Below are positions 61,091 through 64,000 of a stretch of 64,000 bases of DNA, in pieces. Below the pieces are notes generated by a model, which searched no databases, was not told the origin of the DNA, and was given only the letters and a program-made list of their open reading frames with translations. A program made the position numbers and the translations under genes. The DNA is taken from the IMG/VR virus record IMGVR_UViG_3300017963_000188, positions 248,001 through 312,000 of that record, one strand, 5' to 3'. Numbering within the stretch: position 1 is the first letter of the stretch; each line of letters opens with the position of its first letter.

Positions 61091-62710
61091 ATGGCTTTGC
61101 AAATACCTAAGGTTTACAATCATTTAAAGGATATTAGAGGTAGATCCAAAGTTGAGTTGAAGCCAACTTCATTACTAAAAAGTGAAATTGTAAATGAATC
61201 TGGGGACACTGTAGAATTTAAACTCCGTAATTACCAATCAATTGGAGTTTACAACCTTTTGACCATGAAAAGGTTTATCCTTGGTGATGATACTGGCTTG
61301 GGGAAAACTATTGAGACATTGACGACTCTTTCATATCTCTGGGAAAAGGAAAAGGGTTTCAAGACCATTATCGTCGCACCTAAAAGTGCATTGATGCAAT
61401 GGCAAAAAGAGATGTCTCGTTTCTTGGTGGGCCTCAAAGGTATAGTAGTGAAAGGTTCTGCAAAGAACCGCTACAAGATATATGAATCTTTCTTTTTGAA
61501 ACAAGATCATTTCGCTCTCATAATGAATTACCACATCTTAGCTAGAGACTGGGATGCAATTCGATATTGGATCGTTGATGAAGAAGAAATAAAAGAAAAA
61601 GGAAAGAAAAAGAAGGTCTATAAAGTCAAGATGCGTATGGCTACTATCTTTGATGAAGCTACGGCTTTCAAAAATACTCGCACCAAGACTCATGATGTGT
61701 GCTACCAATTATCAAAGCTCTCAGATCGAGTCTATGGTTTAACTGCTACATTGCTCAAGAACAATCTTATGGAAGGTTTTGGGATATTCCGAGTCATTGT
61801 TCCAGGGCTCTTCAGGACCAAGACAGGGTTCATGAAAGAGTTTTGCCATACCCAGTTACAACATGTGGGGAGAGGTAGAAAAATACCTATTGTGGTGGGA
61901 TACAAGAACTTGAAGAAATTTAGATCTGACATAGACCCATATTTCCTGGGACGACCAAAGACAGAAGTTTCAGAAGAGTTACCTGAAGTCATTACAAAGA
62001 AGGTGCATCTAGAGTTCACGAAGATCCAGAGGGACAAGTATGCAGAGGCATTATCTGGATTACTCCTTCTGGAAGATGACGAGAAAGAAACCACCAAGCT
62101 CACATCTATGATTTATTGTCAACAGATCGTAGACAGCCCACATCTTATAGAAATACCTGGTCCATCTAACAAAGAAGAGGAACTGTTCCGTATCTTAGAG
62201 GATGAGCTGGACAAAGAAAAAGTGATTATTTACTCCAACTTTAGGAAAATGGTGGATCGTCTGGGGGTACTTCTAGAGGAAAAAGGTATCCCTTATACAA
62301 GAATCACAGGTGCTGAGAATAAAGATGTGGTGAGGGAGCAGAACCGAAGTCGATTCCAAGATCCAGAAAGTGGTGTAAATATAATGCTGATCACGAATGC
62401 AGGATCAGCAGCCATTAATCTTCAGGCAGCTTCAGCTCTGATTTTCTATGATTCTCCCTGGAGCTATGGTGATTATAAGCAATTATTGGGTCGTATGGTA
62501 CGTATAGGGTCCAAGCATACAACGGTCTTGGCTCTTCATTTGGTAGTTGAGGGGTCGATTGATATGCACGTTTTAAAGACGTTGAAGAAAAAGAAAGGGC
62601 TGATTGATCCTATCTTGGGTGGCTCAGAAGAGACCTTGAGTTTTGACAGTGAGTCCGAGATCGATGATGTGTTTAGAGCACTAAAAGAAGATGCTAGGAG
62701 AAGACGGTAG
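61091..62710 (+). CDS. SNF2/SWI2-family (superfamily 2) helicase
   Basis: Motif I LGDDTGLGKT, Ia IIVAPKS, II IFDEAT, III LTAT, IV KVIIYSNF, V AINLQAA...FYDSPW, VI QLLGRMVRIG. Likely start ATG 61091. Confidence 0.9.
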   Translation: MALQIPKVYNHLKDIRGRSKVELKPTSLLKSEIVNESGDTVEFKLRNYQSIGVYNLLTMKRFILGDDTGLGKTIETLTTLSYLWEKEKGFKTIIVAPKSALMQWQKEMSRFLVGLKGIVVKGSAKNRYKIYESFFLKQDHFALIMNYHILARDWDAIRYWIVDEEEIKEKGKKKKVYKVKMRMATIFDEATAFKNTRTKTHDVCYQLSKLSDRVYGLTATLLKNNLMEGFGIFRVIVPGLFRTKTGFMKEFCHTQLQHVGRGRKIPIVVGYKNLKKFRSDIDPYFLGRPKTEVSEELPEVITKKVHLEFTKIQRDKYAEALSGLLLLEDDEKETTKLTSMIYCQQIVDSPHLIEIPGPSNKEEELFRILEDELDKEKVIIYSNFRKMVDRLGVLLEEKGIPYTRITGAENKDVVREQNRSRFQDPESGVNIMLITNAGSAAINLQAASALIFYDSPWSYGDYKQLLGRMVRIGSKHTTVLALHLVVEGSIDMHVLKTLKKKKGLIDPILGGSEETLSFDSESEIDDVFRALKEDARRRR

Positions 62711-63454
62711 ATGGAGAGAAACAGACATGCTAACCCAAATTGTCCAAAATGTAAGGGCAAAGGAAGCATTTATCAGTATGACGCTGATACGAATACTGAA
62801 GAATTCAAAGAGTGTGTCTGTGTGTATCGTAGTATGATAGTGTCCAAACTGAAACGTATACATCCAGATCTATTATCATGTGGCTCTGATATTGATAGAA
62901 CCTCTCTTTTTGATATGCGGGACGATGACGGTAATATAAAAAATTTGGTGGTGATGGGAGATTACAATCAAGTTCTTAGACACATCAGGAAATTCTTGAT
63001 CCAAACGTATACTAACATAGACATAGAGTTTAATTGCAGATTTATAGATGATTTGGATGTTACAAATAAACGATTTTCTCATAATCGTGCAGAAGGTGAG
63101 GATGAGTTTCTAGACTCTCTAAAAATACCAGACCTATTAGTTATTCTTGCTGACCGAGTACACCATAAAAACTCATTGCTTCCAGATTATTTTTTGGAGG
63201 CACTCAAAAAAAGACCACGAATGCATGGTACTTGGGTTTATTTGCCACGACCTCTTAGTAACAGAAATCATTTTTTCAGTACAGAATTAAGAGAGCATCT
63301 ATACAAATATTTTGAAGAATATAAGATTACTTCCACTATGGCTGTAGTAAAAAATGAAGAAACTGGTGAAGTTATGGAAACTAACAGTGGAAGTGCTAAT
63401 GTGAAGAAGGTTATATCTAAATCTAGTATTCTGGATGGATGTCCAGATGTTTGA
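62711..63454 (+). CDS. Zn-finger protein resembling a DnaC/IstB-type helicase loader with degenerate ATPase
   Basis: CPKC-x~20-CVC N-terminus and later DLLVIL strand. No recognisable Walker A. Directly upstream of the probable DnaB-like gene. Confidence 0.5.
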   Translation: MERNRHANPNCPKCKGKGSIYQYDADTNTEEFKECVCVYRSMIVSKLKRIHPDLLSCGSDIDRTSLFDMRDDDGNIKNLVVMGDYNQVLRHIRKFLIQTYTNIDIEFNCRFIDDLDVTNKRFSHNRAEGEDEFLDSLKIPDLLVILADRVHHKNSLLPDYFLEALKKRPRMHGTWVYLPRPLSNRNHFFSTELREHLYKYFEEYKITSTMAVVKNEETGEVMETNSGSANVKKVISKSSILDGCPDV

Positions 63455-63464
63455 CGGTTAGTAT

Positions 63465-64000
63465 ATGAAACGTATTGTAAGATCCATAATTAACGTACCC
63501 GATAAGAATGGGTATGCTTCAATTCCTGAAGAGGAATTAATACGTAACTATGCTGTGTTACGTGATTCAGGTTTTGAGTTCAATACTGAAGAAGATCAGA
63601 AAATTTTAGAGTGGGTTACTTCATACTTTTATCGATACACCGAGATACCAAATCTTAATAGCACATTAGATTTTTTCGAGGCAAATCAAGAACAAGCAGT
63701 TGTAGATCGTGTTGAAGATGTAAAACATACTAATCCTTATATGAAGGCTGACTTTGAGAATCTTCTCAGAGATTTGGTATCTAAACAGAAAGATCTCAAG
63801 TGTAGGGACATATTACATACCGCTGCTGAAATTCTACACCAGGGAGTGACAATATCAGCAGGGAAAAGCAAGACATTCAAGAAAGGTATGCGAGATGCTC
63901 TTACCTTTGTGATGAGCGAATCTGATAAACTACTCAGCCCAGAATTGGGTAATACTAGGTTGAGGGGTGATGTCAGGGATGATAGGCAAGAGCTAGAGCA
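63465..64000 (+). CDS. N-terminal part of a probable DnaB-like replicative helicase (truncated by the window end)
   Basis: Not in the ORF track. I translated it by hand from ATG 63465: MKRIVRSIINVPDKNGY...QKILEWVTSYFYRYTEIP...RLRGDVRDDRQELE, open to the window end. The helicase call rests on a helical N-domain and synteny. The ATPase motifs would lie beyond the window. Confidence 0.5.
   Translation, partial: MKRIVRSIINVPDKNGYASIPEEELIRNYAVLRDSGFEFNTEEDQKILEWVTSYFYRYTEIPNLNSTLDFFEANQEQAVVDRVEDVKHTNPYMKADFENLLRDLVSKQKDLKCRDILHTAAEILHQGVTISAGKSKTFKKGMRDALTFVMSESDKLLSPELGNTRLRGDVRDDRQELE

Noticed and set aside
786-63082. Numerous short minus-strand and alternate-frame ORFs in the track (e.g. 786-1208, 9387-9857, 20350-20763)
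   Set aside because: All lie inside long, coupled plus-strand genes, lack SD sites and recognisable motifs, and mirror the composition of the sense strand. They are shadow ORFs.
1-64000. CRISPR array, tRNA or rRNA genes
   Set aside because: No regularly spaced direct repeats. Intergenic gaps are mostly under 15 nt, and none shows cloverleaf or T-loop signatures.

Overview
This window is a gene-dense, low-GC segment, coded entirely on the + strand and tightly coupled translationally, and it reads as part of a large contractile-tailed (myovirus-like, probably jumbo) phage genome. From left to right: tape measure protein, two tube-initiator-like paralogs, baseplate hub, central spike, a small protein built of three repeats, large baseplate-associated proteins, and gp25-like, baseplate J-like and gpI-like wedge proteins (about 0-25 kb). 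Next comes a roughly 34 kb cluster of appendage/tail-fibre-like genes (about 25-59 kb). It is made of several paralog families whose conserved scaffolds carry inserted cassettes: five six-bladed LDL-receptor class B (YWTD) beta-propellers, two LVIVD-like propellers, a pectin-lyase-like beta-helix and lectin-like domains. A Nudix hydrolase is embedded in this cluster. The window ends with a small ParB-like gene, a membrane-protein pair, and the start of a replication module (SNF2 helicase, Zn-finger loader-like protein, N-terminus of a probable DnaB-like helicase). I saw no capsid, terminase, sheath, integrase, RNA genes, CRISPR array or reverse transcriptase. The most notable signal is the modular grafting of eukaryote-like YWTD propellers into loops of duplicated virion scaffolds. 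All product calls come from motif recognition and synteny by eye, not from database searches.
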